A DNA stretch of 64,000 bases, taken from the NCBI RefSeq assembly GCF_001194135.2, contig NC_068997.1, positions 41,042,897-41,106,896 on the forward strand. Reading direction: 5' to 3'. Source of the DNA: Octopus bimaculoides. Its lineage: Eukaryota. Of the stretch, positions 39,478 to 51,945 are shown in pieces. The position numbers and the translations under genes were made by a program. The notes beneath the pieces were generated by a model, which was given only the letters and a program-made list of their open reading frames with translations, was not told where the DNA came from and did no database searches. Within the stretch, counting starts at the first letter, position 1. The number at the start of each line of letters is the position of its first letter.

Positions 39478-40364
39478 CATTATTGAAATTTTGAAAAAAT
39501 CTAATGTTAATTATAAATTATTTTTCGCGAAGAATTCATTTAAGATTTGAAAATGGAAAAATAATCTCTTCTTCTCTCTTGTAATAATATCTGGGCTAAA
39601 TGTAGCTGTTTTTGAAATGGTCACAACCATTATTGGTTGCTAATAATTTTTAAGCATAACTCTGCTCCAAAATTTTCGGCCCAAAATATGGTAAAATTAA
39701 TGTGACTTTTAAAGAGAAATATCTAGGAAAATAGTAATAGTGGAAGAAAATACGTAGCTCTTTGTATGAAGGTTAAACCATTCAAATTTGTCAGTAATAA
39801 GTGTGTATATGGGTGCATATAATTAGAATTATAGTTTGTAATTTCATGCCTGCTACGTCACATGTGACATGTAGTACTACATTGTGTTTACATTTTTGTA
39901 ATGATGGTGTGGGGGGGGGGATGCATGTGTCTGTGTGTGTATGTTTACAAAAATAGTCTTAGATTTTATTGCAAGATATAAACTTAGGTGTGAATAGAGG
40001 AGAATTGTTGATTTGAGTTGTGTACAATTCTTTGAAGCAGTAGTTGTAGATGTTTGTAGTTAAAAAAAAAAAATCAAAAAAAATCAGGTGAGATAACGGG
40101 AGAATTAACCAGTTGTTGCAACTTCAGTTGGTTGCAAAAGAAGATGTCTCATCTGATTGCAGTTTCATTGATGATATTGTTGTTTCAAACCCTCAACACT
40201 TTTACATACAGTGTAAGGGTGAAATCCACTTGCTCTTCTTCTTCTCCACAACTACTATATATTCGTGAATACTGGCAGTTTGTTTTAGATATGAGGAAAT
40301 TGCTGTTTAAATTGTCATCTTCACAGTTTCTTATCCCTCTAGTAAATTGAAAGACAAAAATGAC

Positions 40365-40468
40365 CTTGTCAGTATATGAACCCAGAATGTTAAGACGGTC
40401 AAAATACTGTTAAGCATTTTCCCCAACACCCCAGCATGCTAACGATTCTGCCACTCACCACCTTAATG

Positions 40469-40566
<98 letters not shown>

Positions 40567-41056
40567 CCTTTCTACTAAAGGTACAAGGCCTGAAATCCTG
40601 GGGGAGGGGACTAGTTGATTACATTGACCCCAGTCTTCCATTGGTACTTAATTTATTGACCCCCAAAAGGATGAGAGGCAAAGTCAACCTTGGTGGAATT
40701 TGAACTTGGAACGTATCAAAGGGCAAAATACCGCTAAGCATTCTGTCCAGCATGTTTATGACTTTGCCAGCTCACCGTCTTTCATAACAATGAGATAATA
40801 ATAATAATGCTTTCTACTAAAGGCACAAAACCTGAAATGTGCAGGGAGGTGACTTGTCGATTACATCAACCCCAGTGATTCAGCAGAACAGCAACAACAA
40901 CAACAACAATAATAATAAGTAGCACAAGGTGAGCAGTTTTAGGGGAAAGGGTTAAGTTGATTACATAAGTACTTGACTGGTATTTTATTTTATTGACCTC
41001 CAGAGAAGTAAGGCAATATCAATCATAGCAGAATTTGAAGTCAAAATATAAAAAAG

Positions 41057-41092
<36 letters not shown>

Positions 41093-41730
41093 ACAAAGAA
41101 GGTTTCAGATTTTTGCACTCAGCCAACAATTTTATATGGAGAAGGAGTTAGTCAATATGATCAACCTTAGTAGTTGACTGGTACTTTATTTTATCAAACT
41201 CAGAGGAATGATGAAAGGCAAAGTTGACCCTGGTGGGAATAATAATAACCATAATTATAATAATGATAATAGCATTATCGTTGTGAATTTTCTTTCCTTT
41301 TCCCCTTTATTTTTGTTTTTGTTTTTTCTTTTTTCTCTCTGTCTTTCTTCCACTTTTTTTTTTATCACATGACTTTGTAAATGAACTATCTGGTGTGTTT
41401 ATTTCAATGACCTACCAAATGTATACAGTAAGTTTCTTTGCCCTAGGTGTTGGGAAGACACTCGGCAAGAAATGGAAACAAAATCGAAAGAAGAGGATAA
41501 TGATGATGATAATAATAATAATAATAATAATCCTTCCTACGATAGGCTCAAGGCCTGAAATTTTGTGAAAAGTTGATTTTGGGAATAGTTGATTACATTG
41601 ACACCAGGACTCAACTGATTTCATCAATCCTGAAAAGACAAGAGCAAAGTCGACCTCAGTGGAATTTGAGCTCAAAATGTTCAGATGGACAAAATGCTGC
41701 TAACGATTCTGCCTGTTCTCTGCTGTAAAA
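40365..41730 (-). mobile_element. Array of about 7 family A SINE copies or fragments separated by (AAT)n
   Basis: aaggcctgaaat...gttgattacattgacccc...aaggatga...aaagtcaacc...gaatttgaac recurs, all on the minus strand. Confidence 0.88.
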
Positions 41731-44700
41731 ATGATAATGATATAATGCACTTTAGGTCTCTCTAAAAGCTTTCTTCTGAATGCTGAAAAAACAAAGCAAA
41801 TATTTTATCAATGCTGACTTCACACAATTCATAGGAGGTTACTTTTGCTAGGGTGTGGTGATTTAAGATTCCTTAGACATTTGATAAATTCTAATTTTGA
41901 CTTCACCCATGTTATTTTTTTACCTCCTTCACTGTTATATACCACCAAAATAGGGTCAAGCAAGCCCTATCACATACTCCTGACTCTTATTGAACTTGTA
42001 ACTGATGCATTTTAAACTATGCTATAATAATGAGATTGTTATGTCATAAACTCCTCGGCTTGCTTTGTTTATATAAATTGAATTTGCAGATCGTATTGTG
42101 ATTCTAGCTAAGTTCAAACCATATTTTATGAAAAATATCTTGAATAGGATACAAATGCTTAAGAGTAAATTTAGTGTATTTTGTATAATACTTTTTATAT
42201 TATTTGTCTACTTTTCACGATTTCTACAATATTATTTTTTAAAACCATATTTATATGCACTCTATATTTCCTTTTACAGTATTTATATGTACTAATATAT
42301 GGAAATGTTCGTTGAATTGTTTACCACCTGCATATTTCCTGAAAGATGGCTTTCAAATATGTGTGTATGTATGTGTGTGTGTGTGTATGCATGGGTGTGT
42401 TAATTTATATGTATGTGTAATTGTATGTATTGTTATGTTTTTTTGTTTGTTTGGGAACTAACAAATACATCTTTGAAGAAATAGCAAGAATAGCAAGAAT
42501 GTACCTAAGATGCTGCTTTGTTTAGTTTTTTTTTTTTTTATTTTGCTTTGAATCAATTATATCATGTTACAAGATAAAAGGAAATCTAAAAAAACGTGTT
42601 TTTTTTTCATTTAAAAAATTTTTTCATGTCCTTTTTATATTTTTATTCACTGAAATCTATAGCTTCCCCCCCAAAAATGTTGGTGGCTTTTTTGGTTTTC
42701 ATTTCTAGATGCATTTTCCCTACCACTACCCCCACCATCACATCAGCTTCTCATCCTCATCACTACTCACATTGTATCAGTAAAAGAAGGTTTATTTTAC
42801 AAAAAAAAAATTAAAGAAAAAAAAAGAAAAAGAAAAGAAATTATCTAGATAGAGTATTTCAAGGAATCTGCTAATTTAAAGATTTTTTAAGTGTTCAGTT
42901 ATGAAAATAAAATATGGAAAAAATTGAATCTGCAAAATGAAAAATGAGTTTTGTCTAAACCATAAAGCCATTGTGTTAGATAGTAACTGATTTTGATAGC
43001 TTAAGAGTGATTTCGATGACTGGCAGAAACTAAACTAAAATTCCTGTTATCATATTGCTGCAAAAAGCATTTCATGAGAATGAATAATATAGATAAGTGA
43101 AAAATAAAGAAACAATGAGTTCTTCAAACCATTACAGAAAGATAGACAGTTTTAATGTATATTTATCTTAGACATTCTACATATTTATATACATTATTTC
43201 AAAAACTATTATATGCAAAACTATTTATTCTATACAGCTGCGTTTCAAACAATTCTTCATTTAATACAGTTTGAGCTAAATGACCATCGTATTTGAAGAG
43301 GGCTTAACTCTGTTGGATTCTCTTGTATTTTTAATATAATTATTTACATTAGAAATTATCGGCTTCCCTAGTTGTTGAAGCAAATATATCATCATTGAAT
43401 ACAATTTTGCTACTGTTCATGTAATACCCACCTCCCACTTTTTTTTCTGATCTTCTTTGTCAAATTAAATATTACCTTTAGTTCTTGGATATATAGTGCA
43501 GCAGAAGCTTTTAGCCTTTTTATTAGGTTTTACAAATCATATATAGAAGAGAAAGCTTCTCTCACATCCTGCTTATCAATATTAATTATATCAACCTTGA
43601 AAAGAGCACAGAGTGAGAGAGATGCCTCTTCAGATACCACTGATAGAGAGTAACTAACCTTGTGCTACAGAATAAATTTGCTTGTGTAAATTTTTCTTTT
43701 TGGAGTAGTTAGAAGAAAATTATAATTTGTCATAATTTCAAAATAATTGATACCTACAACATAACTTATAGCATTAGTTATTTTTAGCTTTTATTTTCTG
43801 TGAAAAAAAAATCACATCAATGGAAAGTGTTAAGAATTGTTTCAGTAGCCTTAATGTATCTGATTTGAAACTTTTTATTGTTTGCTGTTATTGTTTTTGT
43901 TTTTAGGCAGAATAAATACTCAGCATAACTTTTCTTTTTTGTATTCTTTTTTTTTTTTTTTTCTTCATTTGTTATAACTTATCAATGTTTTCTTTTAAAG
44001 TTACTAAAGTGCCTTAGAAATATTTTGTGAGTTAAAAAGAACTTTGAAAATATATACAATTAAGATAAAGAGAAATTTCTTTGACAAAGTCTCTTACATG
44101 ACACAACTTTTTCATCTTACAAACTTTTGTATGTCAGCGAGATGAGTCTGAGAATAAATTACTTCGACAACAATTATTTCTAGGTACATAAAAAGGAGCA
44201 CAGATATTTTCCTTAGCAGTTCATATTTTAAAACAAGAATTTATATCCTGAAGGTCTATATTAATAACAAGGTGCAAGTTACAACATGTTGGAAGTATAT
44301 AAACAATTTGTGTGAACTGATAGCAGTTTGATTTGATATTATTGATTCACTGTCATTACACCAATACTCTGTCTGCAGTCTACTCTCTTAATTTTGTTTC
44401 TTTTCCGGATGTTAAACAGAAAGCTGTAGTTAAAGATTTATCTTCATCTACTGTTGAAGATTTTTATTTAGCATGTAGCTTACTGTTGTTGGCTTTAATG
44501 TTACTGTCTATGTTTCTTGATTTCAAAAAAAAAAAAAATGTTTTATTTTTGTTCATCTTTGTTATAACAATATATAAACTTATGGATTTAAAAAAATTTA
44601 CATTGAAATAAAAGCACAGATATTTTACTCTTCTTCTTGCTCCTGTTAACTACTTAATTAGAATTAACCAGTGAGAACAGTACATATTCTCAGGTTAGGT

Positions 44701-45789
44701 AGGCTGAAGTAGCTAGAATAATTTCACTTATCAAAGGACATATCTAGAGGTTAGTACATTTGACTGTATCACCGTGAATTCTTCCATTGGTGCTGCAAAG
44801 TTTGATCCCACCAATTCTCAGAGTCTACAAATGACACGATTCTATTTACTATTATTTAATAAACGGAAATGCATTTATGTTGTTTAAGATAATTAGGGAA
44901 TACAGGACCAGCAGATGTATGACAGTTTAGACTGACTGTAATTGGAATTTCGTTATTCAAAGCAGCATTTAAATCTCTGTTGATGAAATCTGAAATAGAA
45001 TGAAAATATTTATATCAAAACTGGTCAGGAGATTAAGCATACTGATCTGTATAAAATTTTATAACAATGATAATAATGATAATAATATAATCATTATTAT
45101 TATATTATTATCATAATAATGATAATAATAATAATGATGATAATAAATAAACAAATAAATAAATGTTCCATTTATTTGCCAGCATGACCCATTCATGCAT
45201 GCAAAATGTTTTACAAAAAAAGATTTATAGGACATGTGGGGATATAAAAATACAGTTTCATAAAAACAAGGGTGGGGCAAGCGTACTACTATACAATATA
45301 TATGTATAATACACACACAAAAAGATATTAATAAAAAAACTGATACAAATAAATTCATAGAATATATATATGTGTGTGTGTGTGTTTCGTTTTTTTTAAT
45401 TCTATTTATTGGGGGCTTTTTCACAAACTTTTTTTTCCGCTTAGGGTATATATGCCTTTACCCTCTTTGTAGTTTGTACCTCTTACCGCTACTCCAGGCA
45501 ATGAAGCATAGCATATTGTTGAACATGTCAACAATCATGAGAAATCTATTAAAAACCATTTCAAATGCTACAGAAATAAGTTTGACATCTAACAACTGTA
45601 TATGAAGGTAAATGGGAGGCCCCTGCTTGTGTGTTTTTGTTGACTATGGTTTCAAAAAAAAAAAAAAAGTAAGAAAGTGGGGTGAGCTTGCAAATCCCTT
45701 TATATCCAAAGCAGCAAAAATTTCATGAGAAATTGAACAGCTAAACCCTAAATCTCAAACAGCACACTCTCTCAGGTGTTCTTCCTATG

Positions 45790-46125
45790 TTAGAAAATGA
45801 ACTTTGACACATGGTCTATAGATAGCACATAATAAAACCTGACATCATTGTCCATGACAAAAATGACAACAGTGTATTAATTATTGACATAGCTATACCA
45901 AATGACAGTAATGTTGTAGGAAGGAGGTGATATAACCTGAGGTAAGACACTGACCAAGCTGTTGAAGTAAAAACAATTAAGGAATGTCTCTTTTGTCCTA
46001 ATTGTAACTGACACCATGGAGTGATGCAACCATTGATAAATTGCTTATGAGGATAGATGCAGGCACATTTTGAATAACAGCCATACTAGGATCTATAAAC
46101 ATTGTTAAGAGATTCTCATAGAGTA
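45790..46125 (+). mobile_element. R4/Dong-type non-LTR retrotransposon 3' remnant (restriction-like endonuclease domain)
   Basis: IAHNKPDIIVHDKNDNSVLIIDIAIPNDSNV (from 45822) and ITAILGSINIVKRF (to 46121), cf. RLE HNRPDIV...IIDIAVP.D.N and KTALLGTAHILR. Confidence 0.75.
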
Positions 46126-46233
46126 TTTTTTTAACTTTGAGCAATCTCATGAACCATGAACAAACTACCCTGGTTAAACTCAAACACTTCTATCCATGTT
46201 CACCAATATGTATTTAATTCTTGTTTGAAGGAA

Positions 46234-46236
<3 letters not shown>

Positions 46237-46265
<29 letters not shown>

Positions 46266-46870
46266 CCTTTCTATAATAACAACACTTGAAATTTTTTAGG
46301 GGAGGGGGCTAGTTGATTACATTGACCCCCAGTACCTGACTGGTACTTGTTTTATTGACCCTGAAAGGATGAAAGGTAACATTAACCTTTCCTGTATTTG
46401 AACTCAGAAGATAGACTGACAAAATGTTGCTAAGCACTTTGTCGGGTGTGCTAACGATGATGCCTGCTCACCAATAATAATAATCCTTTATACAATAGCC
46501 ACAAGGCCTGAAATTTGGAGGAAGGGCTAGCCGATTACATCAATCCCAGTACGTAACTGGTACTTATTTCATTGACCCTCAAAGGATGGAAGGCAAAATT
46601 GACCTTGGTGGAATTTGAACTCAGAACATAGTGACAGGTGAAATACTGCTATGCATTTCACCTGATATGCTAATGATTCTGCCAGCTCACCGCCTTACCA
46701 ATAATAATATTAATAGTGCTTTAAAATTTTGGCACAAGGCCGGTAATTTTGAGGGGGTGGCAGGGGGGAAATTGATTACATTGATCACTGTGCTCAACTG
46801 GTAGCTTATTGTTTTTCAACCCTGAAATGATAAAAGACAAAGTCCACCTTGGTGGTATTTAATAATAATG
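46237..46870 (-). mobile_element. Three tandem family A SINEs separated by (AAT)n
   Basis: Copies at about 46265, 46490 and 46730, all on the minus strand. Confidence 0.88.
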
Positions 46871-47474
46871 ATAATACCACCTATTTTGCAACCTCTTGAA
46901 ATGTATTCTTCAGTTGTCATATTTAGTCTTTCCTGTTATTAACAGTGAATTCTCTCTTAGATCACTCCTTTCTTTGGCCACTTCAAATGCATCTTACCGA
47001 TTTTTTTAGCATCTTAAAATAATAAGCTTTTTCTGTTTGTTTTCATATTTCACATTTAAAAGGATTTTTCTGAATTTTTGTTTTGAGTTCAAGAAATTTG
47101 TTTACCTTCTTGTTCCATCAGCTTTGTCACTATTATATTCTTCAGTATCTTGTCTTGGCATTCACTACTTATTCTATTGAAATAACATCCTTAAAATTGA
47201 GGGGTGGGGTGTGTTCTGCCTCATTAAATATTCATTACTTAGTTTTATAGTTATACATTACCATTCTTCTTACTCAAGCCTAAAAAGAAAGCTGTTGTTA
47301 CTAATGAGAGCACTGCTTCTCTGAACTTTGTCATATCTTTTCAAATGCAAACATTTGCCATTCAACCACAATATGGCACTTGTTATGCTACAAAATTATT
47401 TGCACTTGAAATACAGCACAAACATTCTGTTCTCTACCAAGCAACATACCTAGCAGATATGTATCTGTACTATG

Positions 47475-47690
47475 TTTCAAATTTTGGAACAAGGCCAGCA
47501 ATTTCAGGGGAGGGGTAAGTTAATTATATTGACCCCAATGTCCAACTGATACTTTATTCATCAGCCCCAAAAAGATGAAAGACAAAGTCAACTTTGGCAG
47601 CATTTAAACTCAGGACGTGAAGTCAGAAGAAATACCACTAAGCATTTTTCCCAGCACGGAAATGATTCTGCCGGCTTGCCACCATGTATC
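47475..47690 (-). mobile_element. SINE family A
   Basis: acaaggccagcaatttcagggg...ccccaaaagatgaaagacaaagtcaac...aatgattctgccggcttgcc. Confidence 0.85.
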
Positions 47691-49114
47691 TATAATATTG
47701 AAGGATTTTGTATAAACCTTTCACTTCTATGTCTCTTAATCCTCACTTTATCTACTTTCCAACCTTTTGATTCAAATCCACTCATTTAAGGTTCAAAGTT
47801 CCTTTGTGATTCTTTCACTGAATGAGCATGAATGTGTTGAAAGAAAGGTCACTTGACTGATTTTATCAGACAAAAATGATAAGAAGTCTGAGCACAGAAT
47901 ATTAGAAGCTATAAATCCCTATTGAAATTTATTCATACAAAAATAAATAAGAACAACATATAGTCATTTCAATTATTTACTGTTAATCCTGGGTGTTTAC
48001 GTGAGGTGTAGAAATTTGATGACTGTATACTGATAGGCAAGATTTTGTCACTCCTTTTACCATATAGTCTCTTAATAGTATATACTGCAGCTATTTTTAG
48101 TATTAGTCACTACTGCAATCCTTGTTGGGTCTCTCCTTCTCAATAGTTTCAAGAATTGTCAAATATATTACCAAGAAATCTGAGTATTTGCATCAAAATT
48201 TGTTTCAAATTTGTAAGTTTCATTTAAATGGGGTAAATTTTCCATTACTGCAGATTATAAAAAATTTACCATTGTAATATCTTAAAGTTGTTTGCTTGCC
48301 TACAATATGAGGAGAGTTGAAAAAAGATCACTTATAAATGTTAACTTTATAAATATCTCAAATCTATCGATCATATTTTTAATTTAAAATGTTTATTTTT
48401 TTAAATTGTTGCAAGCACATATACATACATACATNNNNNNNNNNNNNNNNNNNNNNNNNNNNNNNNNNNNNNNNNNNNNNNNNNNNNNNNNNNNNNNNNN
48501 NNNNNNNNNNNNNNNNNNNNNNNNNNNNNNNNNNNNNNNNNNNNNNNNNNNNNNNNNNNNNNNNNNNNNNNNNNNNNNNNNNNNNNNNNNNNNNNNNNNN
48601 NNNNNNNNNNNNNNNNNNNNNNNNNNNNNNNNNNNNNNNNNNNNNNNNNNNNNNNNNNNNNNNNNNNNNNNNNNNNNNNNNNNNNNNNNNNNNNNNNNNN
48701 NNNNNNNNNNNNNNNNNNNNNNNNNNNNNNNNNNNNNNNNTATATATGTGTGTGTGTGTATGTATGTATTAAAATTCTTGCATATTTCTTTTCAATACTC
48801 AAATTAATATTTTAGATTTATCTGGACTTATGGAATTGGTTGTATTAAATGTAGCAGATTGAGCAGTATTTCTCAAAGAAAATTTCAAAAAACAATTGAA
48901 ATAATTTCCTTTATCATAGATATTGGATGTCTGTTGACTATTTCATGATCTTTAAAAGAATTACATTATATATTATCAAATGACAAATCTGGTCTATGTT
49001 CTAAGCTCTGGTTTCATAGCTCATCACTTTTATTAACAGCTTTCTTCTTTCAGAGCTTTAGTTTTTGTCTCTCTATCTCTATATATCTCCCCACCTCTCT
49101 CTCTCTCTTTTCAG

Positions 49115-49165
<51 letters not shown>

Positions 49166-49330
49166 ATCTATCTCACTATTTCTCCTATTGTTTATAGCAT
49201 AAAAAGCTGAAGTGAAACCAAAAATATTATCAAGTATTTGTTTGGGGCTTGCTAACCTCTTGAGATTTCTTATTCAGCAATGCTCTAACATTATTCTATT
49301 CCTTCACTTTTTAGGGAATACTTGGATGCC

Positions 49331-49430
49331 ATGACGTCATCACAGCCTACGAATGCATCAGAATGGCAACTATACCGAGTTTTACAACGTGCAAACCTCT
49401 TACAATATTATGATACATTTATCGCTCAAG
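49331..49430 (+). CDS. NAB: NAB (NGFI-A-binding protein, EGR corepressor) homolog, first recognisable coding exon; exon starts at acceptor 49315
   Basis: [33 protein letters not shown](G) matches the NCD1 start of NAB1/2 ([24 protein letters not shown]). Acceptor ttttag|G at 49314/49315; donor CAAG|GTGAAT, phase 1. Confidence 0.96.
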
Positions 49431-51599
49431 GTGAATACTATTTACATTTTTACTTCAATGTTGTTTTGTCTTTAAGAACTTTTCAATTATATCCTAATTT
49501 TATAAGATTGAAATATTTAGCAAAAAAATTCTATTGTTCATTAAAACTAGACTGGCTTCTTGTTGTAAATATCTATTTTCGAAAACGACTTGGCTAATTT
49601 TTACTTTTGAAACTTTTCTCAGTGTGAAAGTGTGGAATTTAAAGTATTTTGGAGAAAACGAAGCTGTAAATGAGAAAAATATAAATAAATGTCAGGATGT
49701 AACATAGGACAAAAGTTTTATAGGTTATTATAAAGAGTGGATACAACTTCTTCTTAACTCCTTTACATTATTGTCTCCCTCTGTGTGTGTGTGTGTGTGT
49801 GTGTGTGCAAACACATGTACAAGCACATATGCAATATTTGATGGCTTATGACACATTTGGTTTTGGCGGGCTTTTCTTAAAAACAAAAATTGTAAAACCA
49901 TATCTATTCGTAGTCCCCTCCTCTCAGGTCATTTTGAAGTTTGTTGTATCCAGATTGTTTTGAAATTTTGTTATTTCTTATTTAAAAAAAAAAAAAACCT
50001 TAATTCTTTCATTCCTGTATTTCTAACTAAAATTTTCACCCCCACCCATCACGCACCTATGTGCATCAATAAAATTCTGAAATAATCACAAACTCAGACT
50101 GGTTTCATAAAACACCTATAACTTTGTATTTCTTGGCATTTTGATATGGTGTTTCATACACAACTTAACAAAAAGTCTTTAGATAAGTTTATAAAGTATT
50201 TTAAATCTGAAATTTAAAATTATTTCAATTTTCTTCAAATATCACCATATAAAATGAGTTTTTAGCAGATATCAGCTTACTAACTGTCTGTTATTATCTT
50301 AATGACAAAAATGCCCTAATTTTGATTAATTTACACTTGTTTTCCTTTGTTTACATTTGTGCAAAGTGATCTGTGTCCACTGATGTTATGTGGAACACTT
50401 AAATTACAATAAACCAAAGTAAATACTCAATAAGTTTGAGTCATAAGGATGGCTGCTGATTGGGTGCCATTTCTAAAAATATTTGAAAACATATTTTAAA
50501 CATTTTTCCCCCATTCTTTCTGGAAATTACTGCTTTCACCATTGCTGTTCAACTATTGTTTACACTTTCAGAAATTGGAACATCCAGTTCCTTCTCCTTG
50601 GGTATCTTAGAAGTCATTGTCTAAGCATGTCTTCTCTGACTTCAGTATGCTGGAGTGATGGTAATCTGAAAATTTAAAACTTGAATGACTGATCAATAAT
50701 TGATTAATTGTGTCTACCCATTAAACAAATATTGTACAGCAAGCTCTACTGTTTTCTGAAGAAAATCTGTTAATCCAAAAATAGATTGCTTATGTCAATT
50801 AAACAAACATTACCCTCTAAGTTAAAGCTTTATGAAGGTAGCTTGCCTCAATGATTGTTATCTCCAAACTAATGAAATACTCTCAGCCTGGCCCAAGACA
50901 TAAAGTTTGATTTGTTTGTGGGTATGGTCAGGTGTTATCACTTAATTTGCCTCTCTTGACTGATTTTATTTTATATAAAGTAAGTACTGCTGATGTGTGT
51001 TGGTGTATTAAAAAATGCTTACAATCTGCTTCCTAGAGTTATCAGTAAGAGAGATGTCTGCTGTTTATTTTGCTGGTCATTGCAAGCACCTAAACCACTA
51101 CCTACCAGTAACTCAAACTGTGACCATGTCCTTATAAGACGCAGGCTGATTTTGGAACATATATATATATATATATATATATACACTCACACGCACACAT
51201 ATACACACATATAACTGTGTACAAGGGATGCACTGGAATTGCAGGCATGCAAACAGAAAAGAATTCCATATATAGTAGTTGTGCAGGAGTGATTAGCATG
51301 CTTAGATTAAATGCTCATAGGACTACTTAGAATTAGTTAAAACTTCCACTAATTAGATGACTTAATTAGCAGAGGAAGTAGGGTGTAATCTGGAAGTATA
51401 TAGTAACCAAAGTAGAGACTTGTTAGTAAAAGTTCACAGATGCACTGCTCCTGCTGACAGCAAAAGCTTTACTTACCCATTGATGGGCTGTTTATATGAT
51501 GTTTGTGTACAAAGTGAGAAGTGTGCTTTGAAGGTTGAAAGAAATGTGACAAGCATTCCTCGCTAGTTGTGTAAGTGTGTGTGTGTGTGTATAAATGAT

Positions 51600-51945
51600 G
51601 AGGAATTTGATGAAAGAAAAACTGCATATAGAGTAAATAGATATAGTGTACAACAGAGGAGACTGCACTTGTATGGACATGTGATGCATGTGGATGGCAA
51701 CTGGGTTAAGAAATGTCAAGCTGTCTGTGTGCAAAGAATCTCCAGGTGAAAAAAGAAGACCAAGGAAAATATGAGAAGAAGCTGTGATCTTGGGAAGTTG
51801 AACCTCGTGAGAAGATACTAGAAAGGAGTGCAACAAATGACAAGACACTCTGCTGAAGAAAACCCAGCCAATCCATGCAAGCACCAAAAAATAAAATAAT
51901 AATAATTGTGATAAAACTGGATGTGAAATGATGTTGATAATGATA
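51600..51945 (+). mobile_element. RTE-clade LINE 3' end remnant
   Basis: QQRRLHLYGHVMHVDGNWVKKCQ...RRPRK, cf. RTE C-terminal RRLRWYGHVMRM...VKKC...GRPRKTW. It is followed by a family-B-like tail with (GAT)n-like repeats. Confidence 0.75.
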
